DNA from: Corallococcus interemptor
Lineage (GTDB): Bacteria > Myxococcota > Myxococcia > Myxococcales > Myxococcaceae
Assembly: GCF_050270115.1 (NCBI RefSeq)
Contig: NZ_JBNNJP010000025.1
Direction: 5' to 3' (one strand)
DNA length: 64,000 nucleotides
Shown here piece by piece: positions 25,974 to 35,607 of the stretch (its first letter is position 1; every line of letters begins with the position of its first letter). The notes under the pieces were generated by a model. The model did not search any database. It saw only the letters and a program-made list of their open reading frames with translations, and was not told the origin of the DNA. The translations under genes and the position numbers were made by a program.

Positions 25974-26621
25974 ATGGGGGGCATATTGAGAGACCCAAAG
26001 AAGGCCCCGCCGTCTCGCGGCGGTGTGGAGCGGCAGGTGCGCGCGGACGCACGGCGCAATCTGGATGCGCTGCTGGAGGCGGCGAAGGAGGCCTTCGCGG
26101 CCTCCGGCGTGGACGCGCCCGCGAGGGAGATCGCGGACAAAGCGGGCGTGGGCGTCGGCACGCTCTACCGCCACTTTCCGCAGCGCGCGGACCTGATCGT
26201 CGCGGTCGTCCGCAATGAGGTGGACGCCTGCGCGGAGGCCGCATCCGCCATCGCGGCCGAGTTCGATCCCGGGGAGGCGCTCGCGCGCTGGGTGCAGCGC
26301 TACGTCGGCTTTCTCGGGACGAAGCGTGGGCTGGCCGCGGCGCTGCACTCGGGCGACCCCGCCTACAAGTCCCTGCCAGATTACTTCCTCGAGCGGGTCC
26401 AGCCCGCGTTGCAGGCCCTGCTGGACGCCGCGGCCCACTCGGGAGAGATCCGCGCGGACGTGGATGCGACGGAGCTCCTGTTCGCGATCGCCAGACTCTG
26501 CGCTCCCGACCCCCATGATGGAGGCCCTGAACCGGCACGGCGCATGGCGGCGCTGCTCGTGGACGGGCTGCGCTATGGCGCGCAGTCGAAGCCACCCTCG
26601 CCCTCCAAGAAGCGCCGCTAG
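25974..26621 (+). CDS. TetR-family transcriptional regulator
   Basis: HTH IADKAGVGVGTLYRHFPQRADLIVAV. It lies downstream of long non-coding-like sequence in the track ORF 25440..26621 and is divergent from the SDR remnant. Confidence 0.8.
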   Translation: MGGILRDPKKAPPSRGGVERQVRADARRNLDALLEAAKEAFAASGVDAPAREIADKAGVGVGTLYRHFPQRADLIVAVVRNEVDACAEAASAIAAEFDPGEALARWVQRYVGFLGTKRGLAAALHSGDPAYKSLPDYFLERVQPALQALLDAAAHSGEIRADVDATELLFAIARLCAPDPHDGGPEPARRMAALLVDGLRYGAQSKPPSPSKKRR

Positions 26622-26645
26622 TCCTCCACGGTTCTTCCCTTCGCC

Positions 26646-26701
26646 TTGACAAGCGGAACCGCGTTCCGCATACATGGTCTAAAACCGGAACCTGGTTCCG
26701 G
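26646..26701 (+). promoter_or_regulatory. Sigma70-like promoter (TTGACA-N18-cATACAT) overlapped by two near-identical palindromes CGGAACcgcGTTCCG and CCGGAACCtGGTTCCGG, likely TetR operators upstream of the AKR gene
   Basis: Two perfect inverted repeats sharing a GGAAC…GTTCC core within 50 bp upstream of 26720, immediately downstream of the TetR gene. Confidence 0.5.
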
Positions 26702-26719
26702 ATTCCTCCGGAGGAAGCC

Positions 26720-27703
26720 ATGACCGCTGCGAACCGCACGACGCAACTCGGCAGGACGGGCCCGCAGGTGTTTCCCATCGCGCTCGGTTGCATGAGCATG
26801 TCCGGAGCGTATGGACCGTCCGACGAGAGCGAGGGCATCGCGACCCTTCGTGAGGCGATCGATCGCGGCGTGACGCTGATTGATACGGCCGACTTCTACG
26901 CCAACGGGCACAACGAGCTGCTCATCCGCCGCGCGATTGAAGGCCAGCGCAACAAGGTGAAGCTCTCGGTGAAGTTCGGAGCCATGCGTGGACCGGACGG
27001 AGCCCCCGTGGGCTTCGACGCGCGCCCGGCGGCGGTGAAGAACTTCATCACCTACAGCTTGCAGCGGCTCGGCGTTGACCACATCGACGTCTATCGCCCT
27101 GCCCGGCTGGATCCGAATGTCCCGATTGAAGACACGGTGGGGGCAATCGCCGACCTGGTGAAGGGCGGCTACGTGCGGAACATCGGGCTCTCCGAAGTAG
27201 GCGCCGAGACGATCCGCCGAGCGGCGAAGGTGCACCCGCTGAGTGACCTCCAGATTGAGTACTCGATCATCTCGCGCGATCCGGAGAAGAGTCTCTTCCC
27301 CACGCTGACGGAGCTGGGGATGAGCGCGACCCTGTACGGCGTGCTCTCCCGAGGGCTGTTGACGGGCGCGAAGGTCGAAGGCGCCCGCCTGCACTACCCT
27401 CGCTTCAGTGGCGAGGCAGGCCAGCGCAACGCCGCGGCCGTCGCTCGCTTCCACGCGTTCGCCGCCGAACGTGGCATGACGCCCGCGCAGCTCTCCGTGG
27501 CATGGGTGCTGGCGAAGCAGCCCGCTTTCGTCCCCGTGGTCGGCGCGCGCACGCGCAAGCAGCTGCTCGATGTGCTGGGCGCGCTCGAGAAGCCCCTCTC
27601 CTCCGAGGACGTGGCCGCTGTCGAGGCGATCCTCCCGAAGGAGGCGATCGCCGGAAGCCGGTACCCTGAACAACAGATGAAGATGCTCGACAGCGAGCGC
27701 TGA
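26720..27703 (+). CDS. Aldo/keto reductase
   Basis: LGRTGPQVFPIALGCMSMSGAYG…IDTADFYANGHNELL, a typical AKR N-terminus with the catalytic D/Y/K region. Confidence 0.85.
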   Translation: MTAANRTTQLGRTGPQVFPIALGCMSMSGAYGPSDESEGIATLREAIDRGVTLIDTADFYANGHNELLIRRAIEGQRNKVKLSVKFGAMRGPDGAPVGFDARPAAVKNFITYSLQRLGVDHIDVYRPARLDPNVPIEDTVGAIADLVKGGYVRNIGLSEVGAETIRRAAKVHPLSDLQIEYSIISRDPEKSLFPTLTELGMSATLYGVLSRGLLTGAKVEGARLHYPRFSGEAGQRNAAAVARFHAFAAERGMTPAQLSVAWVLAKQPAFVPVVGARTRKQLLDVLGALEKPLSSEDVAAVEAILPKEAIAGSRYPEQQMKMLDSER

Positions 27704-27738
27704 GACCCGGGCCCCTGCCGGTGCGCTAGAAGGGCCGC

Positions 27739-28824
27739 ATGTCCTCGACCTTCCTCGACACCCTCGACACGCCCGCGGCCATCGTGGACCTGGACCGCGT
27801 GGAGCGGAACCTCCAGCGCGTGGCGGCCTACGCCCGCGAGCACGGCCTGCGCTGGCGGCCCCATACGAAGACGCACAAGACAGCGGAGTTGGGCGCGATG
27901 CAGGTCGCAGCGGGGGCCTCCGGCGTCACGGTGGCCACGCTGCTGGAAGCCGAGGTCATGGCGGCCGTGTCGGACGACGTGTTGCTCGCGTACCCGCCGG
28001 TGGGCGCGCACAAGCTGACGCGGTTGATGGCCCTGCCCTCTCACGTAAGGCTCACCGTGGCGCTGGACTCCCGCGAGGTGCTGGAAGGTCTGGCCCACGC
28101 GGCGCGGGACGCGGGGCGCACCGTGGGCGTGCTCGTGGAGGTGGACCTGGGCATGCGCCGCGTGGGGCTGCGCACGCCGGATGAGGCCGTGGCCCTGGCC
28201 CACGCGGCGGCCTCCACGCCGGGAGTCGCCTTTCGAGGCCTGACCTTTTACGCGGGCCACGTCCGAGTTCCCCAGGCAGAGCTGCCCGCAGCGATGCAGG
28301 CCCAATCCCAGGCACTGGCGACGTTCGTGGACGCCTTGAGCGGAGCGGGCCTGCCGCCGGAGGTGGTCAGCGGCGGATCCACGCCGACGCTCTGGCAATC
28401 CCATACCGTGAAGGGCCTCACGGAGATCCGCCCCGGCCTCAACGCGCTCAACGACCGCAACGCCGCCGTCATCGGCGCCTGTGATTGGACGGAGTGCGCC
28501 TACTCGGTGCTGGCCACGGTGGTGAGCACCGCCGTGCCCGGCCAGGTGGTCATCGACGCGGGGGCCAAGGCGCTGGTGAAGGAGGAAGGCCTGGCGCCGG
28601 GCTACGGCGTCCTGCTGGACCGGCCGGAGGTCGTGGTGAAGAACCTGTCGGAGGAGCACGGCCTGCTGGACGTGTCCGGCACGACGTGGCGCCCCCGTAT
28701 TGGCGAACGGGTGCGCGTGGTCCCCAACCATGTCTGTGTTTCCGTCCCCCAGCATCCCCGCCTGCACGTCATCCGGGGCGACGTGAGCGTGGCGACGTGG
28801 GAGGTCTCGGCGCGCGGCTGGTGA
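27739..28824 (+). CDS. Alanine-racemase-fold PLP enzyme (D-serine deaminase / D-threonine aldolase-like, DSD1 family)
   Basis: TPAAIVDLDRVERNLQRVAAYAREHGLRWRPHTKTHKTAELGAMQV, with the PLP-lysine in HTKTHK. Confidence 0.75.
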   Translation: MSSTFLDTLDTPAAIVDLDRVERNLQRVAAYAREHGLRWRPHTKTHKTAELGAMQVAAGASGVTVATLLEAEVMAAVSDDVLLAYPPVGAHKLTRLMALPSHVRLTVALDSREVLEGLAHAARDAGRTVGVLVEVDLGMRRVGLRTPDEAVALAHAAASTPGVAFRGLTFYAGHVRVPQAELPAAMQAQSQALATFVDALSGAGLPPEVVSGGSTPTLWQSHTVKGLTEIRPGLNALNDRNAAVIGACDWTECAYSVLATVVSTAVPGQVVIDAGAKALVKEEGLAPGYGVLLDRPEVVVKNLSEEHGLLDVSGTTWRPRIGERVRVVPNHVCVSVPQHPRLHVIRGDVSVATWEVSARGW

Positions 28825-28834
28825 GCCTTCCCTC

Positions 28835-29830
28835 TCAGCCGATGCGCTTGAGCTCCTGCGTCAGCAGCTCCTCCAGGTGCCGGATGTTCTTGTAGACGAG
28901 GCACCGGTAGCTGGACACGTCGAAGCGCAATTCCTTCACGTCACGCACCAGCATCAGGGTGGGCTTGCCGCGTCCCCAGGCATAGCCCACCTCCAGATAG
29001 ACATTGGGGTTCGCCAGCGACAGGTCCGCGATGACGACCTTCGCGGTGTCGATGCGGTCCCGGATGCGCTGGATGATGGGCCCGTCGAAGACGGCCTGGT
29101 CCACGCGCTCGCACAACAGCCCGGCCGCCTTCACCGGGTTCAGGATGCCGTAGTGGTAGGTGTCCTCCAGCTCCGGCGCGAAGGGCATCGCCACGAAGGC
29201 ATGCGGCTTCTCGGTGGAGTTCGCCCCCGCGGAGGCCATGGGCAGCGCCTGGACGAAGCGGGACATCCGCCGGACGCGGAAGCCCGTGGCCCCCATCAGC
29301 GGCTCCACGCCCGGCGTGAGCCCCATCCCCAGCGCCAACGCCTTGCGCAGCCGCTCCACCCGCTTGGGGTTCAGCTCCACCACCGTGATGCGCTCCAGGT
29401 TGCGCGGTCCACTGCCGCGCTGGAACGCGTCCACGAAACCGCCCACCAGGGCCAGCACGGCCTCATCCTCGTCCAGGCCGTAGTTGGGGCCGTGCACCGT
29501 GCACGCCAGGTGACGCACGTCCTGCCGGGACTCCAGCAGCTGGAGCGCGCGCACGGAGAACTGGCGGATCTCGTGGTAGCCGAACTGCCGCAGCCGCACC
29601 GTGCCCAGGAAGAGCACCACCGGAGCGCCCAGGCACCGGCGCGTCTCGATGAAGCGGTGGTCCCCGGGGAGCAGGTCGAAGGTGTCCATGCCCACGCCCG
29701 CCCCCTCCAGCCGGCGCGCCACCGCGCCGTCCGCCCCGTGGAAGCCCTGCGCATACTTCAGCAGCACGGCGTCCGCGGCCGTCTCCCCCACGTCCCCCAG
29801 GTCCACCACGACGTCCAGCGTGTCTCCCAT
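28835..29830 (-). CDS. Two-domain protein: N-terminal macro-like domain + C-terminal nucleoside-2-deoxyribosyltransferase/TIR-like Rossmannoid domain
   Basis: Macro-like: ADAVLLKYAQGFHGADGAVARRLEGAG (compare [26 protein letters not shown]) and HLACTVHGPNYGLDEDEAVLALVGGFVDAF (compare SIAFPAISTGIYGFPKDRAAEIA). NDT/TIR-like: AFVAMPF…AKVVIADLSLANPNVYLEVGYAWGRGKPTLML. The start is placed at MGDTLDVVVD. Confidence 0.55.
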   Translation of the reverse strand: MGDTLDVVVDLGDVGETAADAVLLKYAQGFHGADGAVARRLEGAGVGMDTFDLLPGDHRFIETRRCLGAPVVLFLGTVRLRQFGYHEIRQFSVRALQLLESRQDVRHLACTVHGPNYGLDEDEAVLALVGGFVDAFQRGSGPRNLERITVVELNPKRVERLRKALALGMGLTPGVEPLMGATGFRVRRMSRFVQALPMASAGANSTEKPHAFVAMPFAPELEDTYHYGILNPVKAAGLLCERVDQAVFDGPIIQRIRDRIDTAKVVIADLSLANPNVYLEVGYAWGRGKPTLMLVRDVKELRFDVSSYRCLVYKNIRHLEELLTQELKRIG

Positions 29831-30044
29831 GGGGCCGGGACTGTAGGGTGTCCCGGTCCGCCCACGCCATCCCCGAGCCCCGGCGCCCCGCGTCAGGAGG
29901 CCCCAAACCCAGACGTGGAAAAGCCCCGTCAATCCCTGTTCAATGGCGCCCCTCGTCTGCCTGGCTGTTATTCAGGCCACCACCGCCCTGCCTGTGAAGC
30001 GCTTCACAGTTTTCGCCTGGCCGGGCCGGTAGCATTTGCACACC

Positions 30045-30938
30045 ATGTCCCTGTTCGCGCGCCTGCAGGCCCTGCTGTCCGCCCACCCGTCCGCCCCGGA
30101 GGCTGCTCCCGGCCAGACGCCCGCGACCGCCATCGCCCCCACGGCGGCGGCGGCACCGGGGGAGGTGGTGGACACGGCCTCCGCGCCTCCGGTCTGCACG
30201 CGCTACCTGCCCGCGGGACAGGTGGTGGTGCGGGAGGGAGACCCGGGGCACTCCATGTTCGTCGTGCTGGAGGGCCGCGTCGCGGTGCTGCGCGGCGGCG
30301 ACAACGGCGTCAACACGGAGGTCGGCCGCCTGGGGGCCGGCGAGTTCTTCGGAGAGCTGGCGCTGCTCACCGGCACGCAGCGCACCGCCACCATCGTGAC
30401 GGTAGAGGACGCCGTGCTGCTGGAGCTCACCCAGGCGGGCGTCCGGGAGCTGGGCAAGGACTACGGCGTGAAGGGAGATCAGATGCAGGAGACCGCCCGG
30501 GAGCGCCTGCTCGCGGACGCCCTGCGCAGCAACCCGCTCATCGCCGCCCTCCCCTCGGATGTGCAGCACGACCTGGGAGATGCCTTCGTCCCTGTCACCG
30601 TCCCCGCCGGAGAGACGCTGCTCACCCGGGGCCAGCCGGGCGACGCGCTCTATGTCCTCATCCGGGGTCAGTGCGAGGTCTTCCACACGCACGGTGACGG
30701 CCGCCATTCCGCCTATCCCAAGCTGGAGGAAGGCGCCCTCTTCGGGGAAATCTCCCTGCTGCGCAGCCGGCTGGCCACCGCCACCGTGCGCACCGTGACG
30801 CCCTGCACGCTCCTCAAGCTGGAGCGCGACGTGTTCAAGAAGGCCTTCCTGGGCCAGCCCGACCTGCGCGGCGCCCTGGTGCGCCTGGGCCTGGAGCGGC
30901 TCAAGCACACGATGGAGGTCATGGGCGAGCCGAAGTAG
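30045..30938 (+). CDS. Protein made of two tandem cyclic-nucleotide-binding (CAP-effector) domains
   Basis: GEFFGELALLTGTQRTATIV and GALFGEISLLRSRLATATVRTV (FGELAL…RSA/TA phosphate-binding cassettes), occurring twice. Confidence 0.8.
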   Translation: MSLFARLQALLSAHPSAPEAAPGQTPATAIAPTAAAAPGEVVDTASAPPVCTRYLPAGQVVVREGDPGHSMFVVLEGRVAVLRGGDNGVNTEVGRLGAGEFFGELALLTGTQRTATIVTVEDAVLLELTQAGVRELGKDYGVKGDQMQETARERLLADALRSNPLIAALPSDVQHDLGDAFVPVTVPAGETLLTRGQPGDALYVLIRGQCEVFHTHGDGRHSAYPKLEEGALFGEISLLRSRLATATVRTVTPCTLLKLERDVFKKAFLGQPDLRGALVRLGLERLKHTMEVMGEPK

Positions 30939-30962
30939 CCCGCCGTCCCGCGCCCTCGAGGG

Positions 30963-31373
30963 CTACCGCAGGGCCTTCCGGGCACCGGTGGACCACAGGG
31001 CCCAGGCCATCAGCACGGGCTGGAAGAACAGCCGGGCCAGGCGCTTGCGGTCCGTGTCCAGGCCGAACGCGGAGAGGCGCTTGTCGTACTGGTGCAGGTT
31101 GCCGGGGAAGACCGCCGCGAAGAAGGCCGCCAGTCCCAGGCCCAGCGGAGCCCGGTGGCGCTTGTCGAAGAGCAGCGACAGCCCGAGGCCAATCTCCACC
31201 ACGCCGGAGAGCAGGACCACGAGGTCCTTGTCCATGGGCACCCAGTCAGGCACCTGCGACTGAAAGGGTCCTCGCGCGAAGGACAGATGGCCCGTGCCGG
31301 CGCCGACCATGAACGAGCCCAACACCCCGCGCCCCACGTCCTGCCAGGGCGTCGTCGTGGTTTCTTGCAGCAC
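30963..31373 (-). CDS. DoxX-family membrane protein
   Basis: 136 aa with 3-4 TM helices; LLSGVVEIGLGLSLLF is typical of DoxX. Confidence 0.65.
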   Translation of the reverse strand: MLQETTTTPWQDVGRGVLGSFMVGAGTGHLSFARGPFQSQVPDWVPMDKDLVVLLSGVVEIGLGLSLLFDKRHRAPLGLGLAAFFAAVFPGNLHQYDKRLSAFGLDTDRKRLARLFFQPVLMAWALWSTGARKALR

Positions 31374-31493
31374 CGGTCACCTCCCTGTCCGTCGGAAGGT
31401 GCGGTGGGCCATGGGAGGGTGCAAGACAGGGGGCCGGCTGCCCTCAAGGTGAGCGAGGGGGCAGGAATCCCCGTCGCCGCGCGGCGTCCTCTC

Positions 31494-32093
31494 TCAACCG
31501 TGGAGCGTCTCCCCGGCCTCCAGCATCGCGACGAACTTCTCCAGCCGCTTCGCCCGCGTCTCCGGCTTCTTCGCGTCGTGGAGCCGGAAGAGGATGGCGT
31601 AGCGGTTGGCGCTCTTGAGCGTGGCGAAGAACGCCTTCGCCTTCGGGCTCTTCTCCAGCGCGAGCGTCAGGTCCTCCGGAACCTCGATGGTCTTCGCCCC
31701 GGCGTACGCGGACTCCCAGCGGCCATCCGCGCGCGCCGCCTCCACCTCGCGCAGGCCCGCGGGCTTCATGCGCCCGGCCGCGACCAGGGCCTCCACCTTG
31801 CCGCAGTTGATCTTCGACCACTTGCTGCGGGGCTTGCGCGGCGTGAAGCGCTGGAGCCAGTACTCGGAATCGAAGGAGTCCTTCTGCCCGTCAATCCAGC
31901 CGTAGCAGAGCGCCACCTCCAGCGCCTGCGCGTACGTCACGGACGGGATGCCGGACTCCAGCTTCGCGAGCTTCATCCAGACGCCCGGTGAGTCGGCGTG
32001 GTGCTTCTCCAGCCACTTCTCCCACGCCTTCTCGGACGCGAACGGCACGGTGGGGAGTTCCTGCGTCGTCTTCGCCTTCGCCTTCGCCGCCAT
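31494..32093 (-). CDS. YdeI/OmdA-family protein (DUF1801-like)
   Basis: WEKWLEKHHADSPGVWMKLAKLESGIPSVTYAQALEVALCYGWIDGQKDSFDSEYWLQRFTPRKPRSKWSKIN and a C-terminal RYAILFRL…RAKRLEKFVAML are the YdeI family signatures. Confidence 0.7.
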   Translation of the reverse strand: MAAKAKAKTTQELPTVPFASEKAWEKWLEKHHADSPGVWMKLAKLESGIPSVTYAQALEVALCYGWIDGQKDSFDSEYWLQRFTPRKPRSKWSKINCGKVEALVAAGRMKPAGLREVEAARADGRWESAYAGAKTIEVPEDLTLALEKSPKAKAFFATLKSANRYAILFRLHDAKKPETRAKRLEKFVAMLEAGETLHG

Positions 32094-32184
32094 CCGGGGC
32101 CACGCCTTTCCCTGACCCGAGCCTCGCGCCGGGTTCACGACACTCCCACTCTAGCGGCGGAAGGCGGCCCGGGCGGAAGCGGTT

Positions 32185-32940
32185 ATGAAACACGCCATGG
32201 CTGATTCCACCTCCCGACCGCCGAACGCCGTCCCGCCCTCGCTCGCCCGCGTGGCCTTCCACGCCATGGCGGCCGGCCTCACCCCGCTCATCCCGGTGCC
32301 CTTCCTGGACGACTACGCCCTGCGCCAGGTGCGCGAGCAGTCCGTGAGGGATCAGCTCAAGGAGCGGGGCCTGAAGGCGCCGGACAAGGCCGTGGCGGTG
32401 CTCGCCGGCTCGTATGAGACGCGCAGCCTGGGCGGACGGCTGGTGTCCTATCTCAAGGCCGTGGCGCTCTTCCCCGTGCGCAAGGTGTTCCGCAAGGTCT
32501 TCTTCGTCCTCTGGGTGAAGGACTGCGTGGACCTGACGAGCGTGTGCCTGCACCACGGCTACCTGCTGCACCACGCGCTGGAGCGCGGCGACCTGGACGC
32601 GGCCTCGCTCCAGGGAGAGGCGCCCCGGAAGGTGCAGGCCGCCATCGTCGCCGCCTGCGCGGAGATGGACTCCCGCCCCATCAACCAGGCCCTGCGCCGC
32701 CTCTTCCGCAGCAGCCGCGTGCTGATGGCGGAGGCCACGCGCGTCTTCCTGGATCCGAAGCGCGGCCCCCGCGTGCCCGACCCGAAGGCCGAGAACGCGG
32801 AGGTGAAGTCCCTCACCGACCGGCTGCTCCAGGAGCTGTGGGAGGAGCGCGGCTACTTCACCGCGCTGGAGGCGCACTACGACAAGCATTTGAAGTCCGG
32901 CCTCGCCGCCCCGGAGCCCCGGGCCGCGACGGGCACCTGA
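32185..32940 (+). CDS. Hypothetical protein
   Basis: Intact 251-aa ORF with protein-like composition. No motif recognised. Confidence 0.45.
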   Translation: MKHAMADSTSRPPNAVPPSLARVAFHAMAAGLTPLIPVPFLDDYALRQVREQSVRDQLKERGLKAPDKAVAVLAGSYETRSLGGRLVSYLKAVALFPVRKVFRKVFFVLWVKDCVDLTSVCLHHGYLLHHALERGDLDAASLQGEAPRKVQAAIVAACAEMDSRPINQALRRLFRSSRVLMAEATRVFLDPKRGPRVPDPKAENAEVKSLTDRLLQELWEERGYFTALEAHYDKHLKSGLAAPEPRAATGT

Positions 32941-32946
32941 ACGCGC

Positions 32947-33954
32947 TCAGGGCACGGGCGCGGCGGCGGTCTCCAGCGGCGCGCGGATGCGGGCGGAGAA
33001 GTCCTCCCGCCCCTGCGCGGCCAGCGCGCGCGCGTTGATGTGATAGCGCTGGCGCACCTGCTCCAGCGGCGCGTCCGTGTCGACGATGCCCAGCTCATAC
33101 GCGAGCGCGTCCGAGAACGCCGGCATCAGCGTGCGGTGATCGTACGGCACGTCCTTCGTGGCCACCTTCTCGAAGTGGTGCACCAGGTTGGTGGTGCAGT
33201 TGCTGGTGAGCGTGTCGTAGAACTCCGGCCGCGTGTGCAGCCCGTTCATGCGCTCCACCATGTCCATGAAGAACGCGGTGATGCGCTCCTTCGACGCGTT
33301 CACCGGATACACATACACGTCGTCGTGGCGGAAGTTGGAGCGCAGCTGCACCAGGTCGCGCTCGTCCCCCACGACGTAGGTGATTTCAAAGCGGCGGAAC
33401 AGGCCGCCCAGCGCGGAGAACGTCTCGCCCTGCTCGCGCCGCACCTCCACGGAGAACACCACGTGGCGGCCGTCCTGGAAGCCGAAGCTCACCATGGTGT
33501 GCGCGGCGCCATAGAAGCCGGAGAAGGGCTCCACGATGAACGACGCGTCCGTGAGCGCGGCCGTGTCGTACGTGGCCGTGTACCAGGCCGGGTCCCAGTC
33601 CGTGGTGCTGCGGTAGCGGAAGTCGCGCACCTCGTGCAGCGTCACCTGCGTGCCGGACACCTCCGCCCACGGCGCCCGCGCCAGGTCCGGCGCCCAGTCG
33701 CGCGTGTTGGAGGGCCGCACCGTCTGGATCCACCCGTACACGCCCAGGCAGCCCAGCAGCATCACCGCCACGCCCCAGCGCCGTGAGCGCCACCGCCAGG
33801 CCGCCACGGCCAGCGCCGCCAGGGCCCCCGCCAGGAGGCCGCGGGCCACGTGCGGCCCCTCCGGCCCCGTCCCCGTCAGGGCCAGGGCCAGCGAGGCCCA
33901 GGCGCCTCCCACGAGGAGCACGAGCCCCGACACGGCGTTCTTCCAGATGCGCAT
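32947..33954 (-). CDS. DUF4105 (Lnb N-terminal periplasmic domain)-like membrane protein
   Basis: N-terminal TM segments followed by a conserved soluble domain ([37 protein letters not shown]…TSNCTTN). Confidence 0.6.
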   Translation of the reverse strand: MRIWKNAVSGLVLLVGGAWASLALALTGTGPEGPHVARGLLAGALAALAVAAWRWRSRRWGVAVMLLGCLGVYGWIQTVRPSNTRDWAPDLARAPWAEVSGTQVTLHEVRDFRYRSTTDWDPAWYTATYDTAALTDASFIVEPFSGFYGAAHTMVSFGFQDGRHVVFSVEVRREQGETFSALGGLFRRFEITYVVGDERDLVQLRSNFRHDDVYVYPVNASKERITAFFMDMVERMNGLHTRPEFYDTLTSNCTTNLVHHFEKVATKDVPYDHRTLMPAFSDALAYELGIVDTDAPLEQVRQRYHINARALAAQGREDFSARIRAPLETAAAPVP

Positions 33955-34145
33955 GCGGCCGAGTATCCGCGCCCCACGCCGCTCGTGTCACGAAGGCGGA
34001 TTCCGGGTGCAACCCCGGCGGGCGGCCGGGCTGCGGGATCCGCCCTCCCAGGATGGGCCCGGATTTGTCGCATCCGCCTACCTTGACCGCTTTTCCCCGG
34101 GTGTGCGACGAAAGGGGGTCCCCTGCTTTCAGGAGTCACACCTCG

Positions 34146-34373
34146 ATGAGCGACGAGCGCGAAGACACGACCGTTTACAAGGTCGTCGTCAACCACGAAG
34201 AGCAGTACTCCATCTGGCCCGCGGACCGGGAGAACGCGCTGGGCTGGAAGGACGCCGGCAAGCAGGGCCTGAAGGCCGAGTGCCTCGAGTACATCAAGGA
34301 GGTCTGGACGGACATGCGCCCCCTGAGCCTCCGCAAGAAGATGGAAGAGGACGCGGCCCGCAACAAGAACTGA
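34146..34373 (+). CDS. MbtH-like protein
   Basis: [63 protein letters not shown] matches the MbtH signature (NxEGQxSLWP…GW…C…Y…WTDxRP). AGGAG lies 9 nt upstream of the ATG. Confidence 0.8.
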   Translation: MSDEREDTTVYKVVVNHEEQYSIWPADRENALGWKDAGKQGLKAECLEYIKEVWTDMRPLSLRKKMEEDAARNKN

Positions 34374-34434
34374 GGGCCGCGTGCGCTTCCCACCGCGCCC
34401 TCCCCGCTTCAACGGGGAGGGTGGGCCGGCCTGC

Positions 34435-35121
34435 TTACAGGTCCGGCGGAGGCCTGACGCCCAGGTGGCAGGCGCGCAGGGCGAGCTGGGTGCGATTCTC
34501 CGCGCCCAGCTTGCGGTACAGCTGCGTGACGTGTGACTTCACCGTGCGCTCGGCGATCTGAAGATGTGCGGCGATCTTCAGGTTGTCCGCGCCGCCCGCC
34601 ACGTACTGGAGCACCTCGCGCTCGCGCTGCGTGAGCAGCAACAGAACGCTCGCCGTGGGTGACGTCACCGGCGGGTGCTCGAAGTCGTTGCGGAGCAGCT
34701 GCACCGGGAACAGGCGCTCGCCGCGCACCAGCGACTGCACCGCGGAGGACACCGCGTTCACGCCCAGGCCCGCGCGGAAGAGATACCCGGAGGCCCCTTC
34801 GTCGAAGCACTGGGAGATGACCTCCGGCGTGCTCACCGCGGACAGAAGCAGCATGCGCACTTCCAGCCGGCGCTTGCGGGCCTCACGCAAGAGATTGAGA
34901 TCCTCCGTCACGGAGCACCCGATGGCGGCTTCGCCGTCGCTCTCCACGTCGAGGATGGCCACTTGCGGTGGATCCGTGCCGAGTCCGTCCAGGAAGCCGC
35001 GCACGTCGCGCGTCACTGAAGTGGAATGACCCTCACCCCGAAGCCCGTCGGACAAGCCCTGCCAGGCCGCCCACGGTCCTTCGAGAATCGAGATACGAAC
35101 TGCCGATTGATTCGCTGCCAT
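34435..35121 (-). CDS. NarL/FixJ-type response regulator (receiver + LuxR HTH)
   Basis: Receiver-like N-terminus (VAILDVESDGEAA…) and a C-terminal LuxR HTH LTQREREVLQYVAGGADNLKIAAHLQIAERTVKSHVTQLYRKLG. Confidence 0.75.
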   Translation of the reverse strand: MAANQSAVRISILEGPWAAWQGLSDGLRGEGHSTSVTRDVRGFLDGLGTDPPQVAILDVESDGEAAIGCSVTEDLNLLREARKRRLEVRMLLLSAVSTPEVISQCFDEGASGYLFRAGLGVNAVSSAVQSLVRGERLFPVQLLRNDFEHPPVTSPTASVLLLLTQREREVLQYVAGGADNLKIAAHLQIAERTVKSHVTQLYRKLGAENRTQLALRACHLGVRPPPDL

Positions 35122-35607
35122 GCGATGGCCCCCCAGCCGTCGTGGCGAATTGCTTTCAATGCTACCTGTCGACTTCAACCTGCCCCGGAGTCGGTGGAAC
35201 CGCGGCGGAACTTCCGCCCTTGCTGAGCGTGCGAGAACCGCGCTTCAACTCCATCCGGGGGTCCTGTCACTGCTGACCTGCGGACTGCATCTGCGACCGC
35301 CGAACGTGCCCCTGCGGGCCGTTCCTCCTTTTTCGTTTCAAGTAAATCCAGCCAACCGAGACCCTAACATCATCCAAGGCCAGTTGCGAACGGCCCCGAA
35401 CAGGACTGTCAATTGCGCACGGAACGCATGGAAATCCAGGGTCTCGTCCGTCAGGTCGTGATCGCTGTCGTCCGGGGGACACGCCCCCGGCGTTGACATT
35501 GCAATGTTTCGATTGGTGTTTCGTACAGGGTCCGCACGGGTGGCGCCGGTGTGCGCGGGAATGGCGCATCCTGGATGGCAAGGGCGTATGCTGTGCGTCC
35601 CGCGCGC

